Shown here: positions 1 through 13,691 of the stretch, one piece after another
How the letters are laid out: each line of letters opens with the position of its first letter
How positions within the stretch are numbered: position 1 is the stretch's first letter
NCBI GenBank assembly: GCA_002269645.1
Contig: NIVC01002867.1
Location: forward strand, 1 to 64,000
DNA from: Macrostomum lignano
Lineage: Eukaryota
Direction: 5' to 3'
DNA length: 64,000 nucleotides
Program-made: the position numbers and the translations under genes
The notes under the pieces: generated by a model
Seen by the model: the letters and a program-made list of their open reading frames with translations, nothing else
What the model was told of the DNA's origin: nothing
Database searches by the model: none

Positions 1-96
1 AGTTTGTTTGCACATTCTTTTAGAGCATATCAAATATAATATATACTATTATTCTCACTTGTTACCAAAGTGGCTATTATCAAAATGGACTGTTAA

Positions 97-605
97 CAAT
101 TTTGTCTGCATTGCCTCCCCAATGCCTAGGTTGTACTTTATTCATCAAGAGCATAGACTAAGAAATCTAACCAAGAAAGACATGTAGAACAATGGATTTT
201 TTGCCAAAAAAGCTTGCAAACTTTTGGATTTTAATATAACAATGGTAATATTAGTACTAATATAAATTCTCTAAAGCTCCTTTAAGGTAAAAAAAATTGT
301 GTGCAAATGCATTTAATTTTTTTTACCTTCTATATAGAACATATTATTTGTTTTTGGAATGAATTTCATCTTGGCCCAATACTTAGTAAGACTTTATAAA
401 GGACTTGCCTAATCAAAACATGTGGATAGCAACTGCATATCCAATGCTTATTTTTCTTATAGATATTTAGTTTTATATATGTGCAAGGCTATTATCAATG
501 AGCTATTAATTCATAAATATGCAGTGTCACTTTGTCTCCTAAATCTCTTTATTAAGACTATGTGGTACTAAACATTGGGAGAAGGGGGGCAATGCAGACA
601 AAATC
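97..605. mobile_element. Possible MITE with imperfect TIRs and TTAA flanks
   Basis: ttttgtctgcattgcc (100-115) is a perfect 16-bp inverted repeat of ggcaatgcagacaaaa (588-603). TTAA lies just outside both ends (93-96, 606-609). The interior is AT-rich and non-coding. Confidence 0.35.
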
Positions 606-1432
606 TTAACTTGGACAACTGCTCTATTTATTTGAGTCACTTTGCACTAGTGATGAGTAGCAATCAAGGAGCATTAACTGAGATTATTGGTCTCTAGCTA
701 ATGCATTGTGGATGATGCCATGCTATTCTTATATGTTAGTTGCTAAATCAATCACCTTAGATTCCATTAAATCTTTCTTGAATAGAATTCAGTAGATATA
801 TATGATTAAAAAACTATATATCATCAAAAATAAATAAAAGTTACAAAGTTTTTCATATGCGTACATTATTTATTTTATTTGAATTGTATTTTTTATTTAT
901 ATTTAACTTTATTACTATTTATTTATAACTAGACAATTATATATATATGCTCATATAATGCAGACATTTTTTAATAGATGTAAAATAAAAAGGATAAATA
1001 TTAATATAGACATAAAAACAGAGTAAAAGCAAAATTGACAATATTAAAACTTTTTTTTCAATAAAAATGTATTAAAAATTGCATTGAAAGGAAAAACTAA
1101 AAACCTAGGTAAAACATGTATACAATATGCAAATATGTACAAAAATAATAAATCAAATCACTCAAAAAACATAGTTTTAGCAATTGACTTTAATTTGACT
1201 TGTCTAATTATAGCCAGGTTTTATATTCATAACCTGTTTCATGTATAGTACAAGGTGTATTTCATGTATGTATAGTTCTACTGATTTGCTTCTTTAAGTA
1301 TCAATTGTTGTTTGTTATACTTATCATTACAAGTTTTAGGTCAACAAAAGTCAATCAATCTGTTGATAACTAGACTTCCTGTGTGAAGAAAAGTTTCTAA
1401 TAAATTCCCATCAAAATCCCCTTAGCAACCAG

Positions 1433-4400
1433 GCGGTGGCGGCGACAGCCCTGGCTGGTGATCGGGTCGCGGCAGCCTGGCTATGCAATCACTCCAACGA
1501 TCCCAGCCTTGGCGGCGCCAGTCCCAGAGAGTTCTACCTGCACCTGTGCCCAGTCGGCTCTGTCGAATCCAGCTTCCAGGAATTCTGGTCTCGCTACCGC
1601 GCGGCCAGAGGCTGGTGCGCCTCCATGGACTTCATGCCGCACGCTACCATAGTCGAGCCATTTGAAGTGTCTCCAAGCAGCTACCTGGACCTGCTGAGAG
1701 CCTACAACACGGCAGCTCGACTATTTTCTAATCGTCGCTTAGTTAAACGGCTCCGCTTGGTGCCCAGCAACTTCAACGACAATCATTTGCGCTTCGTCAT
1801 CGAGGCTGATCAGGCGCTGCTGGATTTGGCTGGAGTTTTTCTCAGCGCCTGCGAACGGGTTGGCATTCGTGTGACCGCCCGACAGCCGCCGCATCTGCTC
1901 AGCCTCTGCTGCGACTTTCAACAGGCCCAATATCTGCAGGTGAGACTGTCTCCTGATCACCTGAGTCTTGAGAGCATCAGGTTCCTGTCTGTAGATCACC
2001 TGAGTCTAGAGATAATCAGGTTTCTGTCTGTAGATCACCTGAGTCTAGAGATAATCAGGTTTCTGTCTGTAGATCACCTGAGTCTAGAGATAATCAGGTT
2101 TCTGTCTGTAGATCACCTGAGTCTAGAGATGATCATCAGGTTTCTGTCAGTAGATCACCTGAGTCTAGAGATGATCATCAGGTTTCTGTCTGTAGATCAC
2201 CTGAGTCTAGAGATGATCATCAGGTTTCTGTCTGTAGATCACCTGAGTCTAGAGATGATCATCAGGTTTCTATCTATAGATCGCCTGAGTCTAGAGATGA
2301 CCAGGTTTCTGTCTGTAGATCATTATGCTTCTGTCTATAGATCTCCGAGTGTAGATCACCTAGGAATCTGTGATTCCGAAAGGCTGCTGATTCCACGCAG
2401 TCTATAGAATCTTCTAGAGATGACTGACTGACTAATAGATCTTAACACTGGTGCACCCTGGCGCACTTGAAGCGACATTGTCGCACAAACGACGAGAGGC
2501 ATTGCCTGCCCATTCCGCCGACTCCCCTGAGCAGGCACACAAGCGGGCGGATACGTACGCAGTCATACGCACAGGCACACACTCACACAGGAGTGCACAG
2601 CGGCCCTAACTGTATTTATCGTTAGGCATGTACACTTCACTGTGCCCGGGGGTTGGCCCTCAAGGGTGTTAATTGCACGAGCAGAGCCTATCCGAGATTC
2701 CAATTCAGCCCAAGTTAAAGTGACTGCACGTGGAATCGAGCCTGGGCCGCTGGCACATCAGATCGCCGAGCTAAACCTCTGGTCTAGTACCATTAATTAT
2801 ACAATTATTATTGATTGTCAATAACTACCAGATGTGTAAAAATTGAAGTGAATTTCATCTAGCTTCAAAGTAATGACGCACAATACACAGACAGTTTCTC
2901 TTTGTTCTGCACTGTGCTGTCATAATAACTACTTCAATTGTGTGGTTTGTTTCATATTAATTGATAAAAAACAACCCAGATAAGGTTGCTTGACAACAAC
3001 TCTCAAGACAAGCAGGTGACTATTGTCAATTGGATTCCAAGCCCTGGATGCCAAGTAGGCTAAATTGGAAAGAAATGAATTCTGCTTTAAATGAAAAATA
3101 TCCATGGTTTGTGTTATAAAATTATAAAAGTTTCCAACAACTATGCTTGAACTTTTTATCTGGTTTGCAGTATAGTTATATTGTATAGAAGAACGTATTG
3201 AAACACCTGACTAAATGTTAATATTTGACAAGTCTAATCTGGGCTAGTTCTTTAGCTAAGTCAATTGTGTAGTTTCATATTTCTGCTTATATTTGCTTTA
3301 TTGAATCATTTACATAGTGCTGAACTTTGTAATGCAATAGAACTAGACTGCAAGTAGTGAGAAGTCTGTTCTTTAGTCGGAGAGACTTATTGAACATTGA
3401 GGTCTATTGTGTGTTATATAGGTTGGGTTGCAGCTCCAATATGGGTTATTTAGTTTGGATTGCAGCTCCAATATGGGTTATTTAGGTTGGATTGCAGCTC
3501 CAATATGGGTTATTTAGTTTGGATTGCAGCTCCAATATGGGTTATTTAGGTTGGATTGCAGCTCCAATATGGGTTATTTAGGTTGGATTGCAGCTCCAAT
3601 ATGGGTTATTTAGGTTGGATTGCAGCTCCAATATGGGTTATTTAGGTTGGATTGCAGCTCCAATATGGGTTATTTAGGTTGGATTGCAGCTCCAATATGG
3701 GTTATTTAGGTTGGATTGCAGCTCCAATATGGGTTATTTAGGTTGGATTGCAGCTCCAATATGGGTTATTTAGGTTGGATTGCAGCTCCAATATGGGTTA
3801 TTTAGGTTGGATTGCAGCTCCAATATGGGTTATTTAGGTTGGATTGCAGCTCCAATATGGGTTATTTAGGTTGGATTGCAGCTCCAATATGGGTTATTTA
3901 GGTTGGATTGCAGCTCCAATATGGGTTATTTAGGTTGGATTGCAGCTCCAATATGGGTTATTTAGGTTGGGTTGCAGCTCCAATATGGGTTATTTAGGTT
4001 GGGTTGCAGCTCCAATATGGGTTATTTAGGTTGGATTGCAGCTCCAATATGGGTTATTTAGGTTGGATTGCAGCTCCAATATGGGTTATTTAGGTTGGAT
4101 TGCAGCTCCAATATGGGTTATTTAGGTTGGATTGCAGCTCCAATATGGGTTATTTAGGTTGGATTGCAGCTCCAATATGGGTTATTTAGGTTGGATTGCA
4201 GCTCCAATATGGGTTATTTAGGTTGGATTGCAGCTAGTCTACAGAGATTTACCAAGTTGAACACCCCCACCCTCCGCATCGCAGGTGCAAAAGGAGATCA
4301 GCGAGCACTTTCGTCTCGACCCGGACACCCGAGCGGTCCTGCCCGACCCGTCCGACGCAGCTGCGCCCGCTGCCTCAGCCTCGGCGCGTGGCAGCTTCGC

Positions 4401-7400
4401 CTGTTATCGCGCGACGTTCGTTTAAAAAACGGACTGACTGAGCAGCTGTACCCGCTCTATCGGATGTCCTGCGAGCGACCATTGGCCGAAGACTGCGACG
4501 GCGATTTGCACTACAGCTCGACAGATCGGGTCGCTCTGGTTGGCAGGGTGAATCCGCCCAAGCACAGCTGGGGCCTCGGATTCAACGTGGAAACCGGCGT
4601 TATGGGCAATTTTCCGTTGCTATGCGCTCAACGAATTCCCTGCTGCGAAGCCTGGACTCTGCACAGGTATTTGTTTACAATTGTTTGTGTAACTATGAGA
4701 GCCTTTTGTGTGATTTTCATCAGTAGCTCTGATCACCATTTTAGTAGCTCAGATTATCCCCATTTTAGTAGCTCAGATTATCCCCATTTTAGTAGCTCAG
4801 ATTATCCCCATTTTAGTAGCTCAGATTATCCCCATTTTAGTAGCTCAGATTATCCCCATTTTAGTAGCTCAGATTATCCCCATTTTAGTAGCTCAGATTA
4901 TCCTGGTTGCTAGAATAACTCGAGATGAAAACAAACTATATGCTGCGCTATTGAAACGATGAAAAACGAAAAAGGCCTCTTGAGCGAGATGCTCTGGGTC
5001 GATATATTTAATGAGCTGAGTGAAAGCGTACAATACACGGGAGCGTAATTTGGAGTGGGGCGATCAGTGAAGAATGAAAGTGGTGCGATCAATAATTAGG
5101 GACTGTACGTATGAGCAAAATAAATATGTTAGCCTAATTGAACGTACATGTAGCTATTGCTAACGAAAAGTTTAAAAATACCACGAGACAGTGGCAGCGG
5201 GTCCATGAGACTTGCCCGCAGGCGAACTGCCCGCCGAGATTTGCCCGCAGGAGATTTGCCCGTCGAGATTTGCCCGCCGAGGTTTGCCCGCAGAGATTTG
5301 CCCGCAGTGCATTCTGCCCGCAGGAGATTTGCCCGTCGAGATTTGCCCGTCGAGATTTGCCCGTCGAGATTTGCCCGCAGAGATTTTCCCGTCGAGATTT
5401 GCCCGCAGAGATTTTCCCGTCGAGATTTGCCCGCAGAGATTTGCCCGCAGAGATTTTCCCGCAATGCAGTTTTAATCTTGCAAAAATCGACTTATACTTA
5501 TCGAAATTATTTACCTGCCAGATTTCAACCGTGTGAATCTGAAACTCTTACTGCCGCAAATGCATAAGATATTTCTTTGGCATTCCGCAGACACCTCAAA
5601 TTTCCTTTCTGCTAAATTACTGTAGCCTGTTCTATAATCTTTTGTAGCAGCAATTTTTTGCTGGTGGAGCAGCTCACATAGCTTGTCGCATATTTTAATA
5701 AGGTAATGACTTTATTTTTCCCTTGACAGAACCGCACAATACAATAGCTATTTTTGTACATTCACTTGGCAAAAAGTAGAACAAGGTATTTAAGCGTCGC
5801 AAGTCAAAAGATGGTGAGGCTGTAGGTATCATTGGCATTAATTGCGAATTAACAGGTTCAACAGCGATTGTACAATCACTATGCATGCATAATACAAGCG
5901 AAAATGAATTGCAGTAGGTAAATTAGCAATTTTCACTCTACTTAGCTCACACATTAACGGAATTTAGCACCCCAAAGGAGCAAATCTTCCGATGTGCAGC
6001 GCCAGCACATCCATTTGATCCTTCCCTATTCATTCCCTTTCAATCAAGTCCTTGGGTTCAATTACTTAAAACAACTTTGTACTCTACTGCATTTTTCACT
6101 TTGCATTCGCTTAACGATAACTTTTGATTGAGCAATAATGAAAACAATATGAAAATGATCGACCAATTGTTAACATTTACTGTGCATCGCAAGACAGGAA
6201 CAGGTGGATGACGGAGTACATGGCAACAAAAGCATTCAGTGATACAGTTACAATGGCAACCTACAAGAGGAAGGGAAGGGAATGGGGAGGAGGGGTGAGT
6301 TGTTATGTAGGCAGAAGACTGTGGGTTCACTGAACTTCTCTGACCTAACCAAATTTCAGAAACTAGAAGCAACCGCAGTGCTAAATACGAGGGTTTAAAG
6401 TGCACAAAGTGAATGCCTTTGCGAATCCCATGGAAGCGGGAACTATTATTATATAGGCCACAATGAAACTAGAGCACAGAATATTAAATTTATTGCTTCT
6501 TAGTGTAGTGCAGCAAGAAACCAAAATTGTAAGGATAGCTACCGTTGTCAATCAGATCACTTCTTCAAATGGTGAGCGATGCCCCTCAGGTAGGAACGCA
6601 AAGGAAAGTCAGCAGGCAGACCGCCACCTTCGACGTTCCAACGCTGCGTGACGCGAAGAAGCATCGCGTTGCTCTGCACGTATCTCTTCCGCTCCTTCGG
6701 TGCTTCACCAGCGTTGGCTCGCTGCATCAGCAGTGCCTGGTGTTCGACTTCCTTTTTGAGGTCCTTCATGAGCCGAAAAACATTCGGATTGCTGCAACCC
6801 AGAATTGACTGGAACCTCCTATGCCAGGCTTCAACTGCGTTGTTCGTGCGATGAAGTCCATTCAAAGTTCGCTCACGAACATTCCAAATTGAAGGTGAGA
6901 ATCGAGGCTGCCGTCTTCCTCCGCCAGGAAGTCGATGGCCGACCCACTGGGCTTCAAAATAGTCTGCTGTTGAAGCCATCTCCGCAGGAAAGTCAGGCAG
7001 CATTATTAACTCATCAAATGCTGCTGGAACACTATTAATAGGCACAAAGGCCAAAGCAGAAAGGCAACGCAGCCAGACGGACATCTCGTCATCTTCTTCT
7101 TCAATCTGACGCTTTAATCCCTCAGCAACTGCTCTTCTGTACACGCACTGAACGAGGTGAAATAGACAGCCTGTTGACTCGATGCCAAAGACATGCTGAA
7201 CAGCATTCATGTTAGCTCGCTCAAAATCTGACATCCAGCGAAGTGGCCTCATGTTCGGCGCCAATTGATGCAGAGCCTCGTAAAATCGACAGTACGTTGC
7301 TTCGGTCTTGTTGGGTAGCAATGCGTAGATGAGTGGTCTTATGAAGCCTTGAAGTTCGGCATGCACTGTCACCAGTTGAGCGAACAGTGGCGGCGAGGCA

Positions 7401-10400
7401 TCGAATGTGCCGTCCGAGAAGAAATCTGTCGCCAATTGCAGGGCTTGAATGTTATCCTCGCTACCGAAGATTAAAATTCGATTGTTGTCCTGTCCGGAGT
7501 CATGCAGCAGAAACAGTGCTCCGTTGTTGAATTGAAATTCTTCAGGTATAATGAGCTCGGCTCGGTTGAGCGGCTGTACTGGAAGACCTTGGTGCGTTTG
7601 ACGAACATCTTGAACTTGCCGCTTTAATGCGCTTTGAGATGGAAGGGCTATGCCTGCACACTCAGACAGCCCATTTGTGTGTTCCATGACGATATTTGCC
7701 GTCGAATTCACGGTGTTCCTGGCATCCGATTTAATCTCCGAAGAGCCTCAAGAACTTGGAATCGAGAGCCGTCAGGTCCGTGATTTTGGTCATTCAGCTG
7801 TCGCACTTTAAAGCCATTCCGGATGTGGATTCGAGCAGGACATGATCCCAAGCGCCGTTCTTCACACTGCCAAAATGACACCTCTTCGTCGACCAGGCTA
7901 GTTCTTTCAAGTGTAAAGTAGTAGCCTTCGCAGGCTGCTTTGCGCTTCCCACGAATTGTTGCACTAAAGCGCACAGCGATGGGAGGAGCTGCTTCCATGT
8001 GGTCTGCTTGTTATTAACGTTGTCTTGAAATTCACTTTATATATGTAGAGTTGTCGCAGTCTAACTTGACCAGACTAAAGTTGAATACACTAAGCAGTAA
8101 GGAAGGGCAGTGTATTTATATATTATAGGAGATAACAGGGGGTTGAGAGAAAGGAGGGGTGGGCAAAGAGAGGGGTTGGGTTAGGAGGCGCGATCAAAGG
8201 AATGAGGGGCACGCAAGACAAGAAGGAGGCTAAAGGGGTGGGGTGCCTGCAGCCAATCAGAAAGAGAAGAGAGAATGAGAGACCCAGACCCAGACCCAGA
8301 CCCAGAGAGAATGAAATCCAGACAGATTTTATGGACATTTTATCGAAGACTGGGAATTGAGATATAGGGGTCCAGGATAGAATTAGCGAGAAAGAATCAC
8401 ATCAGACTTTGTTTACACTGCTTTCTGGATCTTTAGCGAGGAGTTAATAAGCAGGTCTTTAAATTTCATTAAATTTGTTATATAGATAAGCCAGCTGCCC
8501 GTCGCCACATGCACAAGGCGATGTTTTTAGAAAATGCTCTGCATACTCATACTCTATGTAAGGGCCAGATTATAAAATGTCGTGGGGTCCCCGACATGCA
8601 CCATATAGGACTCCATGGCTTATTTACTGGATTTGTCGTTCGGTGGTTGAGCAGATCGAGGTGATAAAATCCAGGCGGCTGACATGTGAATTTGAAACAG
8701 ACAGCGCTCCACCAGCTAGAGATTCCAATACCGGGACCGGGATTTGAGAGCAAACACCTGGAATTCCAATCTCAGGACTTAAAATTGCCCACCATTCAGC
8801 GGGATTTCAATTTTTCGGGATTTGCTGGGACTGAAAATGCTGGGGATTTTATGGGAGTTGGACAGGAATATCCCGAACCCGACAATCCTGGGATTGGAAA
8901 CTAGCCGGGATTTTACCATCCCTACCGCCAGGCACCAGCAAAAAATTGCTGCTACAAAAGATTATAGAACAGGCTACAGTAATTTAGCAGAAAGGAAATT
9001 TGAGGTGTCTGCGGAATGCCAAAGAAATATCTTATGCATTTGCGGCAGTAAGAGTTTCAGATTCACACGGTTGAAATCTGGCAGGTAAATAATTTCGATA
9101 AGTATAAGTCGATTTTTGCAAGATTAAAACTGCATTGCGGGAAAATCTCTGCGGGCAAATCTCTGCGGGCAAATCTCTGCGGGCAAATCTCGACGGGAAA
9201 ATCTCGACGGGAAAATCTCTGCGGGAAAATCTCGACAGGCAAATCTCGACGGGCAAATCTCGACGGGCAAATCTCGACGGGCAAATCTCGACGGGCAAAT
9301 CTCGACGGGCAAATCTCGACGGGCAAATCTCCTGCGGGCAGAATGCACTGCGGGCAAATCTCTGCGGGCAAACCTCGGCGGGCAAATCTCGACGGGCAAA
9401 TCTCCTGCGGGCAAATCTCGGCGGGCAGTTCGCCTGCGGGCAAGTCTCGTGCTCCCAGTGGCAGCTCCAGAACATATCCCCATTTTAGTAGCTTAGATTA
9501 TCCCCATTTTAGTAGCTCAGATTATCCCCATTTTAGTAGCTCATATTATCCCCATTTTAGTAGCTTAGATCCCAATTTTAGTAGCTCAGATCCCCATTTT
9601 AGTAGCTCTGATCACAGAACTGTAAGTTCTTTGGCTCTGATCCCCATTCAGTAGCTCTGATCCCCATTCAGTAGCTCTGATCCCCATATAGTAGCTCTGA
9701 TCCCCATTCAGTAGCTCTGATCCTCATTCAGTAGCTCTGATCCTCATTCAGTAGCTCTGATCCTCATTCAGTAGCTCTGATCACAGAACTGTAAGTTCTT
9801 TGGCTCTGATCCCCATTCAATAGCTGTAATCCCCATTCTATATCTTTAACATTATTGAATCCCATTCTTACAGCGATTCTAATAATTTACTCTTGTAGTC
9901 GAGTGCATCTGTTTTTCATTCGATCTGACTGAAAATATAAGAAAGAGCATTATATGCCGGCAGTTAGGGCAATAATTCACTGCTATTAAAATGGTTTATT
10001 GCTAGCCAACTGAACCCTTTCTAAGTAGGAAAAAAACAGTTATTGTTAACTATATTGAGCCTTGCATAGCTCTCTGTTGAGCTCGTGTGGGCGTTACTTT
10101 TGAGCAGTGTGGTTGGTATGCTCAGTCATTACGGGTCTTAGATCCCGATCTTTTCCTTCCCTTAATCTTACTTGACTGAATGTTGTTTTGTCTCCTATCT
10201 ACCCCACTGACAGTCTCCTATCCACCCCACTGCCAGTCTCCTATCTACCCCACTGCCAGTCTCCTATCTACCCCACTGCCAGTCTCCTATCCACCCCACT
10301 GCCAGTCTCCTATCCACCCCACTGCCAGTCTCCTATCTACCCCACTGACAGTCTCCTATCTACCCCACTGACAGTCTCCTATCTACCCCACTGCCAGTCT

Positions 10401-13290
10401 CCTATCTACCCCACTGCCAGTCTCCTATCTACCCCACTGACAGTCTCCTATCTGCCCCACTGCCAGTGTCTCCTATCTTCCACACTGACAGTCTCCTATC
10501 TGCCCCACTGCCAGTGTCTCCTATCTTCCACACTGCCAGTCTCCTATCTACCCTATTCTATCTTCTCCGCTTTTGGCAAAAGATGATCTATCTAGGCATT
10601 ACCCATTGGTTGATCAGTGTAAAAACTGACAGAAGAACAGGTTTAATATATTCCTGTAACTAACGCATAGCATACGCTCGTGATGATAGAGAGAGAGAGA
10701 CAGAGAGAGAGAGCCATTGGGTCTGTTCTATCCTCGCGTGACCCCAAGTCCGTTGGGTTAAAGCATTTTTATGCACAGAAAATGCCGATTCACTCAGCAA
10801 AATGCTAATTCACGAGAACATCAGGGGGGCAAAGGGTGAACGAACGCAACCGTAATGAAATTATTAGCTAATTCAATATGGCACAGTCCTTGATGCAAAT
10901 ACAAATATGCATATAATTATTTCTTATTACGGATCGGATAACTGGCCATCTTGCCCTCTTATATTCTATTCTGATTTGTACTCTATAAGCCTTGATTATT
11001 GTTTCAAACCATTCTGCTTTTCATTTCCCCCTCTCTCCCTCCCTCTCAATATCCCTCTCCTTACTCCTTTCCCTCTTACTCGCCCTCTCCTCACCCCTCT
11101 CTTACCTTCTTACGCCTCTCCTTCTCACCTCTTCTCACTCGAACCGAGGAAGTCAGACGATGCACCCAATGTTTTATGGTTAATCCAAATATCTAGTGGG
11201 AATGGTTCAGTTGGAGGCAGGTAAAGAGGGGAGTAAACGAGTGGTAGAGTGAGAGGGAGAGGTTTGAGACGGAGAGAGGCGAGCCAAAGAGAGAGAGAGG
11301 GAGTGTGTTACCTTGGTTGCAACCCCTTCTAAACTGTAGGCTAGGGGTTTTATGGGTTGCAGCCTAGTGGTTAGAGCGTCAGACTCACGACTGAAAGGTC
11401 AGGAGTTCGATTCTCGACCCCACTTGGAACAATTGAGCAAGAGACTTAACTCTCTGCATTGCTTCAGTTCACCCAGCTGTAAAATGGGTGCCAGCATTAG
11501 CTGGGGTAATTGAGGGTGTGTGTGGTGACTCCCCAGTCCTTGGACTGAACAGCCGTACGCAGCCTTCAGATGCGCCGCGCAAATAGCTGCGGCTGAGCTG
11601 TCGGTTGCACATTCGCCCATTAGGGCAGATGTAATCAATTATTAGCAGCATTATTTAGCTTAGTTCGAGTTGTACATATATATTGCTAAACGCTTGCAGA
11701 GTAACCGACATGCAATGCAACATCGGACTCGTCGGCAGTTCTCTTCAATCGACAGCCGACCAGCAGGACCCCTCGGTGGCGACCAGGGTTGTAGCAATTC
11801 CCCCTAGCAACAACAGTAATGCCTCCTGTTCGGCATCGTCCTCATCTTCATCGTCTGCTACTACTGCATCTGGCAATGAGGCTACTCCTACTCAGTCTGT
11901 TGGCCTAGCCCTAATGAGCAATGGCGCCAATGCTTCTGCAACTTCTGCAACACCTGCTTCTGCTGCAGCGACTACAGCCTCTACTGCACCTTATCAACAG
12001 CTGGCTTATCGCGGCGCCAGCAGCAATGGCAGCGGCAGCTGCAGCGGCGACTCCTTTGATGTGGTAATTTTTTTATCCATTTTTTTGTTATTGGGGACTT
12101 CTGTCAAACTTGCACCTGGATGGCTCTTTGTCATGGTGCATTCCCTGCGGCACCTAGTCTTCTTAGAAACTCAGGCCTGACACCCAGTCATCTTGGACCC
12201 TCAGGCCTGACACCCAATTATCTTTGAGCCTCAGGCCTGACACCCAATCATCTTTGAGCCTCAGGCCTGACACCCAATTATCTTTGAGCCTCAGGCCTGA
12301 CACCCAATTATCTTTGAGCCTCAGGCCTGACACCCAATCATCTTGGAGCCTCAGGCCTGACACCCAATCATCTTTGAGCCTCAGGCTTGACACCCAGTCA
12401 TCTTGGAGCCTCAGGCCTAACACCCAATTATCTTAAAATCTCAGGCCTGACACCCAATCATCTTACAATCTCAGGCCTGACACCCAATTATCTTACAATC
12501 TCAGGCCTGACACCCAATTATCTTGCAATCTCAGGCCTGACACCCAGTCATCTTGGAGCCTAAGGCCTGACACCCAGAATTATTTAAACTAAGGGCTTTC
12601 ATAGCTTTAATCAATGCTTCAAATGTCTATTTTAGTTCCAAACCAGTTGTCAATGACAAATCATTTGTTGTAAATTAAACGAATATTTTATAGTTATACT
12701 TAAATTTTGTGCCCACTTGGTTAATATCTGTCTCTGTTTGTGTTATAACATTGAACCAGTAAACTTTTAGTGCAGCGTCAGTCAGCTTTCTATAATTTCT
12801 TTAGCTTGGGTTGTCCACTGCCCACGCGCTCGAGTCCATTATAGCTTATTATTTAACTGTAATGGCTTGGCATTTTTTGTTAGTTCCATACCACTTAGTT
12901 GGCCTGTTTTACTAGCTGCTCACTATTCTCTCCGTGTGACCTTTTTGTCTCTCGTCTATAGTATTAGTGCTCCAGTAGAATAATGGGTAGAACTGCGGTA
13001 ATGGGTAAGAGAGGCCCGATGAATAGAAATGAAAGACAAATCCAGGGCCTACCACGCTTTTTGTTTGTATTTTGTACTTTAAAAATAATGGCTCAAAGAT
13101 TTTAGTTTATAGCTTATCCTGCAGTCTACTGATAGTAACGTAATAAGTGTTTTTACCTAAACTTAACTGAAAATTTCTATCTATCTATCTATCTATCTAC
13201 CTATCTATCTATCTATCTATCTATCTGTCTATCTATATATCTATCTATCTATTTATCTATCTATCTGTCTATCTATCTATCCATCTATCA

Positions 13291-13322
<32 letters not shown>

Positions 13323-13363
13323 GTCTATCTATCTATCTATCTATCTATTTATCTATCGATCTG

Positions 13364-13431
<68 letters not shown>

Positions 13432-13515
13432 CCTATCTATCTATCTACCTATCTATCTATCTATCTATCTATCTGTCTATCTATATATCTATCTATCTAT
13501 CTATCTATCTATCTG

Positions 13516-13580
<65 letters not shown>

Positions 13581-13639
13581 TTATCTATCTATCTGTCTAT
13601 CTATCTATCTATCTATCTATCTATTTATCTATCTATCTG

Positions 13640-13691
<52 letters not shown>

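Larger units (their letters stand above)
5199..9456 (-). mobile_element. Mutator/MULE (Phantom-like) DNA transposon with long foldback-type TIRs
   Basis: 9-bp TSD agtggcagc (5190-5198 and 9457-9465); GGG...CCC termini; TIRs 5199-5666 and 8933-9456 contain 14-bp subrepeats gagatttgcccg(ca/tc); encodes FLYWCH + MULE transposase. Confidence 0.95.

Noticed and set aside
5129-5567. ORFs with RFARRDLP/EICP repeats (also 9032-9488)
   Set aside because: Translations of the 14-bp TIR subrepeats.
11354-11430. Functional tRNA gene
   Set aside because: The acceptor stem and anticodon loop are irregular and the sequence runs into a SINE body; the same applies to the 20860 and 22915 heads.
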